DNA of 64,000 nucleotides from Octopus vulgaris (lineage: Eukaryota), in contig OX597819.1 of the NCBI GenBank assembly GCA_951406725.2, positions 86,366,001 through 86,430,000 of the forward strand. The letters run 5' to 3'. The notes beneath the pieces are model-generated. The model was not told where the DNA came from. It did no database searches and saw only the letters and a list, made by a program, of their open reading frames with translations. Of this stretch, positions 27,551 to 41,299 are shown piece by piece (the first letter of the stretch is position 1; each line of letters begins with the position of its first letter). A program made the position numbers and the translations under genes.

Positions 27551-28791
27551 CAGAGTGCGTAAGATATTTGAGGACAGATTTATGTTTAAACACAGATATA
27601 TAATAACTGATAATTTTATTTATCAAAAAATGCTCAGAGGATAACAATAAACATTTTCTATAATGTTATACAATAAAGCCACCTTCAGCTTCAACAACTG
27701 CTTCCATATCGAAATCATCTACGTGCTCGAATCAGGAGGTCCTGGTTCATTTTGGACATTACTCTGACTATGGTAGCTTTCAAAGAATCGTTGGCGTTAT
27801 GGACGTGTTCATTGATCTCTCTCAACAACGCTCCATATGTAACAGTCCAATGGATTGAGATCTGGGGAATTAGGGGGACAAATGTTAGGGGTTATGTGAT
27901 CATGAAAATTTTCAGCCATCCGTTCCTGTGCTACTAGATCTATGTGTGTTAGTGCAGGGTCTTACTGAAACACACATGGTCTTCCATTGCATACACTGTC
28001 TATCCATAGCTTAACAATTATTTCCAGGATCTCAATGTAGGTGGCAGAATTAACTCTAAGGCCTTGTGGGAAGAAGTAAGGAGGCATCACATCTCTTTCA
28101 TTGCTGACAACCCTAAAACCATCATAGTTGCAGGAAATTTTGTAAGCATAACACTTGGAACTTCAGAATGGTCTGCACATAACCATCTGTCATTTCTTCT
28201 CTTAACTTTTTGATCTTGGTCGAAGTTTTCTCGTGTGAGAAAAATCAAATCAAATCTTCTGCTGGATTTTTCAGTTTGTTTAAGATTTTTCAGTTTGTTT
28301 AGATCTTATGTAGTGATTTTTCTTTTTTTTCTTTGCTTCTTCCTCATCGTATAAGACTTATATCTGATGTCTTCGTGGACAACATTTCTGACTATTCCTT
28401 CTGACACAAGTAGATCTTTTTCAATTGATCTCATGGACTTTCTAGGATTATAATCAATGGTCTGTTGAACTTGCTGGATAAATTCAGATATTCTGATGAT
28501 TTCAGAGCGCTTAGAATGCTTTTTTATGCTTTGATACTGGTGATACGTTTCCATCTTCAGTCACTAGCGCCTTACAAACTTTGTAGACGAAAGATCTGGC
28601 AACTTTTAACAATCGAGATTTGTCTAAATCGCTACACTCAGCCTATATAACCACAATAGCAGCTTGTTTCTTTATTTCTTGAGTAAGCTGAGGGTCTATC
28701 ATTATTATTTTCTGAAACAAAGATTATACAGAGTTAACAAAAAAATGCAGCAATGACCCCACAAAAAGTATGTCCTCAAAAACCTTACGCA

Positions 28792-28796
<5 letters not shown>
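27551..28796 (-). mobile_element. Tc1/mariner element, maT (DD37D)-like, degraded transposase
   Basis: TIRs cagagtgcgtaagatatttgaggaca / tgtcctcaaaaaccttacgcacc in TA context; minus-strand HTH segment (ORF 28306-28554) and PPNSPDLNPLD motif. Confidence 0.85.
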
Positions 28797-28861
<65 letters not shown>

Positions 28862-29244
28862 GAACATCTTGTAAATAAGCGTCGCGTGTGTCTGTTATCT
28901 ACAGAAAATAAAGGAATTCGCAAAGGCAAGAAGGCTGTAAGGATAGCTTAGGGAAACGGGTGAATACCCCTTTAGAAGACGTGGGGCGGGAGCAAAGGCT
29001 CCGCAGAGAATCGAGCCCTGCAACTCTCAAAATCCGGCTGAGTGCTCTGGATCATTAAGCTAACAGATTTCGTCTAAGTATCGCTAAATAATAGCTTTTA
29101 GAGTGTGAGAACAATTTGTAAAGAAACTTATAACCGCTGCGCGTGTATATATCTACACAATATATATATATATATATATATATTTGTAAAAAATGAAGTT
29201 CGAAAATGCTGCTGTATTATACAATTTTTAATTTTTATATATAC

Positions 29245-29288
29245 ATTATAACATGTTTCAGTTCCTGAAATGAACCTTATCAAAAAAA
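29245..29288 (-). ncRNA. Degenerate hammerhead motif with U3-A8 core
   Basis: Minus: TTGATAA GGTTC atttcag GAACT GAAA CATG TT; stem I poorly paired. Confidence 0.5.
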
Positions 29289-29662
29289 GTTATATATAAA
29301 AAGAGACAGCTCATGCCGTCAAACACAAGAAATTCATTTATAATACACAACGGAGTCAGACATCTTAGAGTTCATGTATAGTTGATATATAGTTCATGTA
29401 TAGTTGATATATAGTTTGAAGTATATTTCAAAGTGTTCGATGCAGTGGCCCACGGTGGCGATATGTATTCAATACAAAAAGCAGATCAAAGTGGTGGAAA
29501 GCGGTCAATACAGAAGATTGATGTTTCCGAAAGAGCGAGGAATTCATTTTTACCTTAAGCAATTGTGATGACCCATGGTGGAAGTTCGCTGGGTGGTTCT
29601 AGTGATTTTTTGTGAAATGCTTGGTTTTATAATGCCTGTTAGGTGGTCAATCTAGCGTAGCG

Positions 29663-29995
29663 TGACGTCATCAATGTTTTGACCAATCGTTTCGTTAGGT
29701 GGCTTTAATCAAGTGGAACGGGACGTCATCATTATTTTGACCAATCGCTGCATTATAACTCCTTCTTGTTTGTTTCCTGTCTTGACCAGTCGCTTCGTTA
29801 GTCAAGCATAGCGGGATGTCATCCAGATTCTGCCCAATCACGACTTATAGCTACATTAGATCTGTCCCCTGTCTGTACTTGTTAGGTGACTATTCAAGCA
29901 GAAAAGGACGTCATCAATATTCTGACTAATGACTGTCCCCTGTTTGTATCCTGTCCATTCTAGCAGAGCTAGACGTCATCAACTTGTTGACCAAT
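29663..29995. promoter_or_regulatory. Five copies of a GACGTCA-N12-CCAAT module (CRE/ATF-like + NF-Y-like)
   Basis: Modules start at 29664, 29722, 29815, 29907 and 29972, each with a 12-nt spacer. Function is inferred only. Confidence 0.4.
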
Positions 29996-30270
29996 CAGAA
30001 TCGGGTCTGACCCATAGCTGTATCGTATGTATCAGGGTCAGATTTGCACGAAAGAATTTTTTTCCCTTTTTTACTAAGGCATATTTCCGTCAGAGTGAGT
30101 GTCTGTTTGAAGTAGCGGCCGTGGTGAAATTTGGTTCTCCTTTTCGGAGGACTTAACTTTTGTTTTAGTATTCCTGGCCCAGGGTGTTTAAACTTGGTCT
30201 AAATTTTTTTATGAAATATAGTTCTTTATATAGTTCTTTATTATATATATATATATTTATACACACATAT

Positions 30271-30315
<45 letters not shown>

Positions 30316-30365
30316 GATATATATGCATATATATACATGTATATGTATATACATACATATATGTT

Positions 30366-31339
30366 TCTATATGTAATATAAATTGGACATGGGCGATCGT
30401 TGTATTCTTTCTTGTCTTGAGGTTCACAGCCAAACGACTGGATGGATTTGCATTAAAAATGGCACACATATGAAGACGGGTACATAGATTGAACTGCGGG
30501 TTGTATATTTTTCCTAGCCCCCATAGATACCGAGAAAATCGATTAAAACTTTTCTAATGGAATTCCCCTGTTTGTTCCGCCATTACAACAACCAGTTGCT
30601 CACACAGTCGGCATATACCATTTCGCTAGCAACAAGGGGAGTACAGGATGACACTCAGCCAAAACTTTCGCTATGCTGTCTCTCTTCTTTCACCTCTTTG
30701 TGGGGTTAATAATCTTAATCTTTAGTTACAGTTTCTCATCCAAACTAAATAATAGGCAGAATTGTCGGTTTAAGACAGTAGGGTGTTTTGAGGGAGATTT
30801 GGCTGCTATTTCTACCAGGTTTACCTACGATGTAGAGGTCTGAAATTAATTTTCATTCACATATTTGCACTTCAAAAATTTAACATAATCTTTTCCATAA
30901 ATCAACTATCGTAAACACATACACACGCGCAAGCACGCACGCACACACATACACACACATACACACACATACACACACACACACATACTCAAACATACAC
31001 ACACATACACACACATACACACACACATACACATACACACACGCACATACACACACATACACACACATACACACACATAGACACACACATACACACACAT
31101 ACATACACACACACACACACATATACATACACACTCACACACACACGTCCATTTCATATATCTTCTTTCAATTTCTGCTCTCTGCAAATAAAATTTTTAC
31201 GGATACAGCTGGAGGCTCCAATTGAAACAGAGACCCGAAATGATACGGTTGAGAAATGCTGTTATAGATTACGCCTAAACGAAAACGATCTCAGTCACAT
31301 CCTGCAAACAGACCGGGTGAGACCGGGCTTAGCTTCTAG
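30366..31339 (+). mobile_element. Non-autonomous Helitron-like element
   Basis: 5' TCTATATGTAATATAAA, then an aaacgactggatggatttgcattaaaaatggcaca motif; 3' GC-rich ccgggtgagaccggg + CTAG|T. Segment 31146-31310 is also present at 24729-24871. Confidence 0.7.
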
Positions 31340-31341
31340 TG

Positions 31342-31406
<65 letters not shown>

Positions 31407-31714
31407 AACCACTATTAGGCAAACCAAACAGTGAAAAACATAAACCAAAACATAAAAATGAAAATAATTAATATACTATACAAAATATATAAAATATAAA
31501 ATTCAAAAATTTAAATTCTTTAAATTTAAAATTAAAATTATTAATTTATATTTATAAATTTTTATTTATTTTTATATATATATACATATATTTTTTAAAT
31601 ATTTTTATATATTTATCTTTTTTTATTTTAATTTAATTTTTTTAAAAATATATATAACTATCAAAAAGTATTAAAAAGTTTAATATAAGATAAAAAGTAT
31701 ATATATATTTATTT

Positions 31715-31747
<33 letters not shown>

Positions 31748-31760
31748 AACATGCATATAC

Positions 31761-31802
<42 letters not shown>

Positions 31803-31979
31803 GAGAGATAGATTCATAATTCAACTTTGAATATTATGTATACATGCAAACACACACACACACACACACACACTCACACACACACACACACACACACACG
31901 TGTTCAGGTTGAATTATGAATGAAACGTAAATTTCATCTGCTTTTAAATCTCTCAAAATATAGGCGTTCTTGAATAATC

Positions 31980-32300
31980 ATCCTCCCCACTGTTTATTGG
32001 TTTTTCAGATCCAGCCCTCTGCTTTTATTACCACCTAACGATTCCCCTTAAGTAATTTTTCAGTAATTTTTTCCACCACCCACGCTTTTATCCTCACCCC
32101 CTGCTTATTAATTTTTGAGTATTTTCCACCACTCCCCGCTTTTATTCCCCCACCCCGCTTATTAATTTTTCAGATTTTTTCCACCACCTCCGCTTCTTAA
32201 TTTTCGAGATTTTTTTCACCCCTCCGCTTTTATTCCCCACCCTGCTTATTAATTTTTAAGTCACCCCCACCCCGCTTTTATTCCAATACTTCCTCACCCC
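31980..32300. repeat. Degenerate ~50-60-bp subrepeat cluster (ccgcttttattcccc / gcttattaattttt), likely DNA-transposon subterminal repeats
   Basis: The motifs recur about five times. Confidence 0.65.
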
Positions 32301-32404
32301 TTGTTAAATTTTGCTAATCTGTTTCCGGTGAAATTTTATTGTAAGTTATTCATATTGATACAACAGCTGGAAAATCTAATAATTTTATTTTACGTTAAAA
32401 ACAT

Positions 32405-32435
<31 letters not shown>

Positions 32436-32499
32436 TATTACATATATATATAGTATATACATATATATATTTATGTATATATATGTATATACATATATA

Positions 32500-33123
<624 letters not shown>

Positions 33124-33827
33124 TATATATGACAAAAAAAGAACATTGCAAGTAATACCATATGTTATAAAATAAATAGGATATATAAACTAAATAACTT
33201 ATTCGGGTTTTTAAAGAAAAATCACGGGTGACAGCCTAGAAATTTCTAAATAATGATTTCTCATTTAGGCACAAGACCAACAATTTGTGGAGAGGGATAA
33301 GTGTGGATTAAATCGGAGCCTAATTCATTTGTTCCAGAGAAGTATTTTTTGAAAAAGTAACAAAGGTTTAAAGTTTGATCATTTTTATCCAATCAGAAAA
33401 CAGGATTTAGAAGCTGTCATTTTGTGCGTGACTGCAATCGCGATTGTGACGATAACATGTCTTTAAAGAATTGGATCAGCGAAAAATGACCAAAAAATTA
33501 GTAAACAACACATATTTTGTAGTTTTACGCATTCAATATGAATTTAATGCGAAAAAAGAATAAACAACAAATTTTGTGGTTCGGATCTATTCAATTTGAC
33601 GACCAGATTTTTTAATTAATTTTTTAAAACTAAACACTTCGAAACTTCGGATACTGGTCGAATGTATCACATAGAACACGGTTTACTCTTAACGTTTTTG
33701 ACAAACTTTTGTATTTTAGAAGTTATTTCTTGTTAAAGTTGTCGTATTTGGGTAATTTTAACCAATCAATGACGTGAATTCAGCTGAAGAAAATTACTGC
33801 TGCTGTTTGCGAACAACTTCCGGGTCC

Positions 33828-33869
<42 letters not shown>

Positions 33870-33877
<8 letters not shown>

Positions 33878-34839
33878 TTAATAACAGGCAGAAGTTAAAG
33901 GGTGACAATGGCCAATTTCGTGTTTGATAAGTGCCAATGATATATAAATACATATATGCCGATGATATATATACATACACATATGTGTAAAAAAATCTCA
34001 TCATGCAATCGAACCAATGAAAAAGCCTCTACCTGATCGCTCGACACGCTAAAACTAGCAGCTAAAGTATCCCCTCATTGTAAATCACACCCTCATTGTA
34101 CGTAATGTTCTAGATTATCCCTAAAAAACGGTTTACTGAAGGCTGGAATGTGTTTAATGATAGGTTTTCTGTAACAGGGTTGATTTGAGGCTAAATAACA
34201 ACATAATTATGGTCTTTAGTGAAAATTGTGCGGGTGAAAAGATCAATGGGGGTGGGGGTGAAATTTCCGAGGCTTCCACCTCACCCCACCCCGTTTTTTG
34301 GACCCCCAAAATGGTTTTGTAGCATATTAGGAGGTCACAGGAATTCATTCAACGAAAAAGAAATTTCCAATGATTCCGGGATGGAAGGGGGGCCCACCCT
34401 TCTTTCCGAACCAAAACAAGGGATTTGCAGCTAATTAGGAGGTCAGGGTACTTAATTCCACGCAAAATATCCAAGTTTTTTTTCCTTAGTGAAAATCGTG
34501 CGGGGATTAATATAGAAATTTACCATAATCTTGTTGTTATTTAGCCTCAAATCAACCCTGTTACAGCAAACCTATCATCAAAGACATTCCAGCCTTCAGC
34601 AACCCGTCTTTTTAGGGATAATCTAGGACATTACGTACAATGGGCGTGTGATTTAGGTAGGGATACTTTGGCTGCTATTTGTAGCGTGTCGAGCGACCAG
34701 GTAGAGGCTCTTTAATTGGTTCGATTGCGTGATGAGATTTTTTTACGCATATATGTATGCATACATATCATTGGCACTTATCAAATACGAATTTAGCCAT
34801 TGTCACTCTATAACTCCTACCTATTATTAATGTTTGTGT
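33870..34839. repeat. Foldback structure: ~320-340-bp diverged inverted arms around a ~310-bp spacer
   Basis: 33870-34213 aligns by eye with the reverse complement of 34522-34839. Confidence 0.88.
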
Positions 34840-35595
34840 AAATACGCTTGGCTTGTTACTATAGAAGCAGGCACCTATAATATCTATGGCTTTCGATTGG
34901 CTAAAATTACCCAAAATTTGCAAATTTTAAAAGCTGTTAACTGTTTATTTATTGATCTGTCGGGAAAAGGAATTTCATGTCAATAATTAGCATATAAAAC
35001 TACACCAAATTTGAAATCAATTGGAACAAAATTGAAGAAATTGAGAAGTGGCAGCCAAACAGAAAAGATATGAATATTGTATTTCTGCTTTAATTTAATT
35101 TCCTGAATGTCATCATAATCTTAAATTACGAAAACCCATCTTCGTAAACTTTCATTGAATTATTTATTATTCAAATATTATTTAGATGTGAAGCTGTATT
35201 GCGTCACTTCATTAGTAAATAAGCCGTTGTTATTCCTAACCAACTTTTAACATTCATTTAACATGTATGTGTATGTGTATTTTGAACATATGTGCGTGTG
35301 TGTGTATGTGTGTATGTATTTTGAACACATGCACTCGTGCGTATGCATGTGAGTAGCAAACATGAGAGCATGTACGCACGCACATACGCACACACCCCCA
35401 CACACGCACATACACGTACACACACACAAACACACACACACACAGGCATTTATACATTAATTCATAATCGTTAGTCAAACAAAATTTATTTTATTTCGCC
35501 TCTAGCTCTTCCGGAACTTAGACTTATTTTGAGTACTTTATTCTAAGTGGCCGGACATAGCTACTTCGAAATGGTCACCTCTGAATAGACACACA

Positions 35596-35657
<62 letters not shown>

Positions 35658-36124
35658 TGTTTGTGTGTGCGTGTTTGTGTATGTGAATATAAATGAATGT
35701 ATGCATGTATGTATATTTATGTATACGTATATTTTAGATGTCTATAGCATCATATAGATATAACCACCTCTTAAGAGTGGTCATATAGATATAACTTAAT
35801 GTGTTAATGTAGAAAAGTGAAAACAGAATGGTTTGAGTATGGAATCTCAAAATTACTGGTTTATCGGTACCTGTAATCAGATCGACTAAATTAGTTTAAG
35901 GTCAAGTGAGAATAAAAAGCACGACGAAAGATGGAAAACTAATATCAATGTTTCGAAATCATTTATTCGAAATTCAATAGAATAGATGTGTGAGGAATAC
36001 AAATGAATTAATGCATAATATTTGTGAAGAAGGAATCTCACAAAGAGCCAGAGTGCTCACCTCTACATAACTAAGGCTACGACCTGGTTGAGTTATTGCA
36101 GCGCCGGACACTTTTGTTCTGTGG

Positions 36125-36360
36125 TATCCGGCAGAATCGTTAGCACGCCGGGCGAAATGCTTAGCGGTATTTCGTCTGTCTCTACGTTCTGGGTTCAAAT
36201 TTCGCCGAGGTCGACTTTGCCTTTCATCCTTTCTGGGTCGATACGATAAATTAAGTACCAGTTACGCATTGGGGTCGATGTAATCGACTTAATCCGTTTG
36301 TCTGTCCTTGTTTGTCCTCTCTGTGTTTAGCCCCTTGTGGGTAGTAAAGAAATAGGTATT
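36125..36360 (+). mobile_element. tRNA-derived SINE, Meta-domain-like
   Basis: ggcagaatcgttagcacgccggg...gactttgcctttcatcctttctgggtcgat...gtgggtagtaaagaaata. Confidence 0.85.
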
Positions 36361-36502
36361 TGCTCAGATGATGAGAAAATACAGTACAAATATTTCGTGT
36401 AGGCCTGGTGGAACTGTAAAAGCATCGGACCAGATGGAGTACGATATTCGTTCTGACTCTTTGGCAGCTGGTTTCTCTGAAGATTGTCAAAATGATATGG
36501 AC

Positions 36503-36544
36503 GCCTCTGATGAGAACCCAATACGGTACGAAAATCGATTAAAG
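36503..36544 (+). ncRNA. Degenerate hammerhead motif
   Basis: GCCT CTGATGA GAACC caatac GGTAC GAAA ATCGAT TA AAGT; one mismatch each in stems I and II. Confidence 0.5.
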
Positions 36545-37009
36545 TTGGTCATCATTTTTTCAATCTGCGGAGAATTGGCTTAAATTTGCCCTGGTTATTA
36601 TTATACGATATGTTACGGATATATGTGTGTGTGTGTATATATATATGTATGTGTGTGTGTGTGTGTGCATGTATGTATATGCACACATATATATATATGC
36701 GTGTGTATGCGTGTATATCTATCTATCTATCTAATTATCTCACACCCGTCTTCGTCTTTTGTTTTTTTGTAAATTCTCACTATATATATATATATATACA
36801 TATACATAGGGAGAATTCACGAAAAAACAAAAGCCGAAGAGAGGTGGTGTAGAAAACAAACAGATGTATTAGTATTACGCTCAGTATTTGAAAAAGTCTT
36901 TTACGTTTCGAGCCTACGCTCTTCCACAGAAAGGAACACAAAAAGAAACAAGGAGAGAAAAAATGTGTGTAGTGGCTACCGATTTATCATGGCGATATAT
37001 GATATATAT

Positions 37010-37097
<88 letters not shown>

Positions 37098-37199
37098 ATG
37101 TGTGTGTGTGTGTATATATATATACACACACAGTGTCAGAAAGTACTCCAGACCCCGGTAATTAGCAATAATCTGCAAATCTCAGGCGATATCCACAAT

Positions 37200-37605
37200 G
37201 GATTATTGTCTTTATACCAGGGACAGCAACCGCTGTTGCATGTGCAAACATTTTAGATGCATCATCGAGAAAAGAGCCACACGAGTGACTGGTATAATCA
37301 CTCATAGACATACTCCAATTCCAATACTATCCCACATACACGCTCTGACCTCTTATTGCATTTCGTACCGCTATTATAATGGTCTCTGCTCTACGGAGCT
37401 AGCTGGGTGTCTATCACCTCCACTAAGGCATTCACGTCTCTCTCATTCATTCTATCATCACTCGTGTTGTGATTAATGCCCAAGACTCAGCGGTAATCAT
37501 TTTGCCCTCTCCTTCCCTCTTCAAACCAAATCTACCTGGAATTTCTTCCTTGTTTACGTCGACCGCACAGATGTTGAACTACAAAGACTCGAGAAGAATA
37601 TAAAT
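37200..37605 (+). pseudogene. CR1/Jockey-like LINE 3' fragment
   Basis: ISYRYYNGLCSTELAGCLSP resembles LINE ORF2 C-termini; related to 45690-46430. Confidence 0.55.
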
Positions 37606-38686
37606 CCGTTCTTATTTTTGGTATAAAGCCAGGAATTTTGGAGAGTGGGGAAGATGATTATATCGAACCCATTCAGGAACTGGTACTTATATTATCGACC
37701 CCGAAAGGTTGAAATGCAAAGTCGACCTCGGCGGAATTTGAACTCAGAACTCAGATGAACGAAATGATGTTAAGCAGTTTGTCTGGCGTGCTAACGTTTC
37801 GTATGTCTTTATTGCCCACAAGCGGCTAAACATAGAGGGGACAAACAAGGACAGACAAACGGATTAAGTTGATTACATCGATTCCCGACCCCGAAAGAAT
37901 GAAAGGCAAAATCGACCTCGGTGGAATTTGAACTCAGAACGTAACGGCAGACGAAATACATATTTCTTTACTGCCCACAAGGGGCTACACACAGAGGGGA
38001 CAAACAAACGGATTAAGTCGATTATATCGACCCCAGTATGTAACTGGTACTGATCGACCCCGAAAGGATGGAATTTGAACTCAGAACGTAACAGCAGATG
38101 AAATACCGCTAAGCATTTCGCCCGGCGTGCTAACGTTTCTTATTTCTTTATTGCCCACATCGACCCCAGTGCGTAACTGTTACTTAATTTATCGACCCCG
38201 AAAGGATGAAAGGCAAAATCGACCTCGGTGGAATTTGAACTCAGAACGTAAAGACAGGCGAAATACATATTTCTTTACTGCCCACAAGGGGCTACACACA
38301 GAGGGGACAAACAATGTTAGACAAACGGATTAAGTCGATTATATCGACCCCAGTGTGTAACTGGTACTTATTTGATCGACCCCGAAAGATTAAAGGCAAA
38401 GTCGACCTCGGCGGAATTTAAACTCAGAACGTAACAGCAGATGAAATACCTATTTCTTTATTACCCACAAGGGGCTAAATATAGAGGGGACAAACAAGGA
38501 CAGACAAACGAATTAAGTCGATTATATCGACCCCAGTGTGTAACTGGTACTTATTTAATCACCCCCATAAGGATGAAAGGCAAAGTCGACGTCGGCGGAA
38601 TTTGAACTCAGAACGTAACAGCAGATGAAATACCGCTGAGCATTTCGCTCGGCGTGCTAACGTTTCTGCCAGCTCACTGCCTTTCA
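37606..38686 (-). mobile_element. Concatemer of Meta-like SINE segments flanked by a 14-bp direct repeat
   Basis: About six recurrences of gacccc..aaag...gaatttgaactcagaac; a single intact head at ~38682; agaagaatataaat at 37592-37605 and 38687-38700. Confidence 0.85.
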
Positions 38687-39160
38687 AGAAGAATATAAAT
38701 GATATAGATCTCTCTTTACTGTTTTGAAGAAGCCATGACAGCCATGGTCACTTGCGACTTCTTACAGATCCAGCAAGTGACAAAACAAAAAAAACAAAAA
38801 AATTCCACCTGACCTGTATTTAATTCCAGCCAAAATTCTGTTACAGCAGCACAATATGTGCCGGTATTTGATATAAGCTGTTCGGTTATAATTATAACCA
38901 AAACCGCTTTCTAACTCGGTTTTCACACATAATATAATATATACACATTAAAAATATTATATTTTACTATCAGCTTTTGTAATCGACCCACTCGAAATGC
39001 GTTGCGTTAGATGAATTATGCACGCGCGTGCACACACAGAGACACATACACCTACTTTATTGTATAGATATATGTATATAAAAGTTACATATGCGTATCT
39101 GTATATTTATGAGTATTATCAGATATGCAAACACAGACACACACACGCACGCAAACACAC

Positions 39161-39202
<42 letters not shown>

Positions 39203-40229
39203 GTATACGTGCATATCAACGTATATCCATGTACGCATATATGTATGCATGTATGTGAAAGTTACATATATGTATCTATATTTATGCGTATATGCAGATA
39301 TGCATACAAACACAATCACACACCTACACACACACACACTCACACGCACATATATACACATACGTGCGTACGCGCGCGTGTGTATGTGTGTGTGTATGCG
39401 TATGTGTGCGTGTATGTGTGTGTGTGTGTGTTAATGTGTGTGTGTGTGTGTTAATGTGTGTGTGTTTTGCAGTAAAGAAGTAAGTAAGATGAAAGTAACA
39501 ACCGCCTTCATATTGATTTGTTGGGAGAAGAAAAAGTAATTAAATCGAAATTGTTACTTACGTTAGAAAATTCCCGGTAAAGAATTTCCAGGAATCCTAA
39601 GCTAAATACAATAAATACAATGCTCAGATAATAATTGAAACGAAGCAACATAAAAGAAAGCGATTGGAAATTATATACACAGAGTTATAATTATTAAAGA
39701 GGCTTGTAAGATATCCATTCAGATGTCAACAGCGAGAAGTTAACTCTTTCATGAAAATATTTCTAATGAAATTCACAATCCAACTATTTCACATAATCTT
39801 TTACTAAATCTTTTCAAAATAATTAAGAATTTTCAGGCTATAATTCATAATTTAACTAAAACGTCATGTTGTTATTCTAGTAACCTTGGAACCTCATAAA
39901 TTTAACATACCTTCTACGTGAGCCAATAAAAAGTGATGTTATTAAGTTTATGCTCAAAATGTAATTGAATACTGAAGTTACAACTTCGGTTTTGCAGAAA
40001 TTTTGGTTACTGATTTTTCTGATCCAAGTGTGTTCACCTTCAGGAACACACTCTAAATTAAACAAACATTAAATTTGTGGCTGTGTGGTAAGAAGCTTAC
40101 TTCCCAACCACATGGTTCAAAGTTCAGTCCCACTGCGTGGCACCTTGGGTAAATATCTTCTACTATAGCCTCAGGTCGACCAAAGCCTTGTGAGTTGATT
40201 TGGTAGACGAAAACTGAAAGAAGCCCGTC

Positions 40230-40276
<47 letters not shown>

Positions 40277-40318
40277 AAAATACAAAGACAGACAGACCCC
40301 TTCCCCGCACACACACGC

Positions 40319-40373
<55 letters not shown>

Positions 40374-41119
40374 TTATTTGTCGAAGCGCTTAGTTACAGG
40401 TACTTAAATACACCAGCATCGGTTGTCAAGCAATGATGAGGGGACAAAGACAGACAGACTCCCCCCCTGCACACACACGCCTGGTGTATTTAAGTACCTG
40501 TAACTAAGCGCTTCGACAAAGGGGCGGTAGAATAAATACTAGGCTTACAAAGAATAAGTCCTGGAGGCGATTTCTTCGACTAAAACCCTTTTAAGGCGGT
40601 GCTCCAGCATGACCGCAGTTAAATGACTGAAACAAGTAAAAGACTAAAAGAAAAATTAAATGAAATACAGTATGAATGAAACAAATTTATTAATACTGTA
40701 TTATGTGCCGTCTTAAAGCATGAGCACACAGAGTGCCTGGGGACTTCACAAGTCTAGCGGGTGTCAATTCTAATCTGGCTTTCAATAAATACATAAGATA
40801 CAGGGCGTTGATATTCCCAGTGATGCCACAGGTCTAGGGTCTTCATTCTCATCTATGTATGCTGTGGCTAGCTATCAAAAATTACTATAGGAACTACTGT
40901 ACTGTTTCTCCTGGGGGGTCTTACGTGTCTAGAGGTCCAATTCTGATCTATGTCCGCTGTGGGTTTCAGTTAATAAATGCTATGGGTCCCAGTGCATTGA
41001 TGTACCTGAGAGCTTATAGTGCTAAGTTAGTCGTGGCCTGAGCTAATTCTGACCGAACCTTACCTAAAAATCAACATATCTAATATGCAGAAAGCATTGT
41101 TCTTATTTCTTTTTTTCAG

Positions 41120-41299
41120 AGGTATATTGCCCACACCTATGTTGTTGATATTAACAGTCAGGGTCGTCTGTTTCTCTATCTACATTGTGACGTGTATGCT
41201 TCTCTAGAGAGTGAGGTGAAACGACTAAAATCGGAAATCAAAATCGCGCTGCTTGCAACATATACCTCGTCAGTCGACACTTCCAGTATAGTAATACAT
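41120..41299 (+). CDS. Candidate internal coding exon (60 aa, phase 0-0), SEA-domain-like C-terminal half
   Basis: Strong acceptor tcttatttctttttttcag, donor cat|gtaagt, 180 nt open: RYIAHTYVVDINSQGRLFLYLHCDVYASLESEVKRLKSEIKIALLATYTSSVDTSSIVIH. The domain call is tentative. Confidence 0.6.

Noticed and set aside
28997-29066. tRNA-like sequence on the minus strand
   Set aside because: Degenerate A/B boxes and poor acceptor stem; more likely a SINE head than a tRNA gene.
36368-36525. Possible exon (cag|ATG...CG|gtacga)
   Set aside because: Weak splice sites, acceptor abuts a SINE tail, and the 3' end overlaps a hammerhead-like motif.
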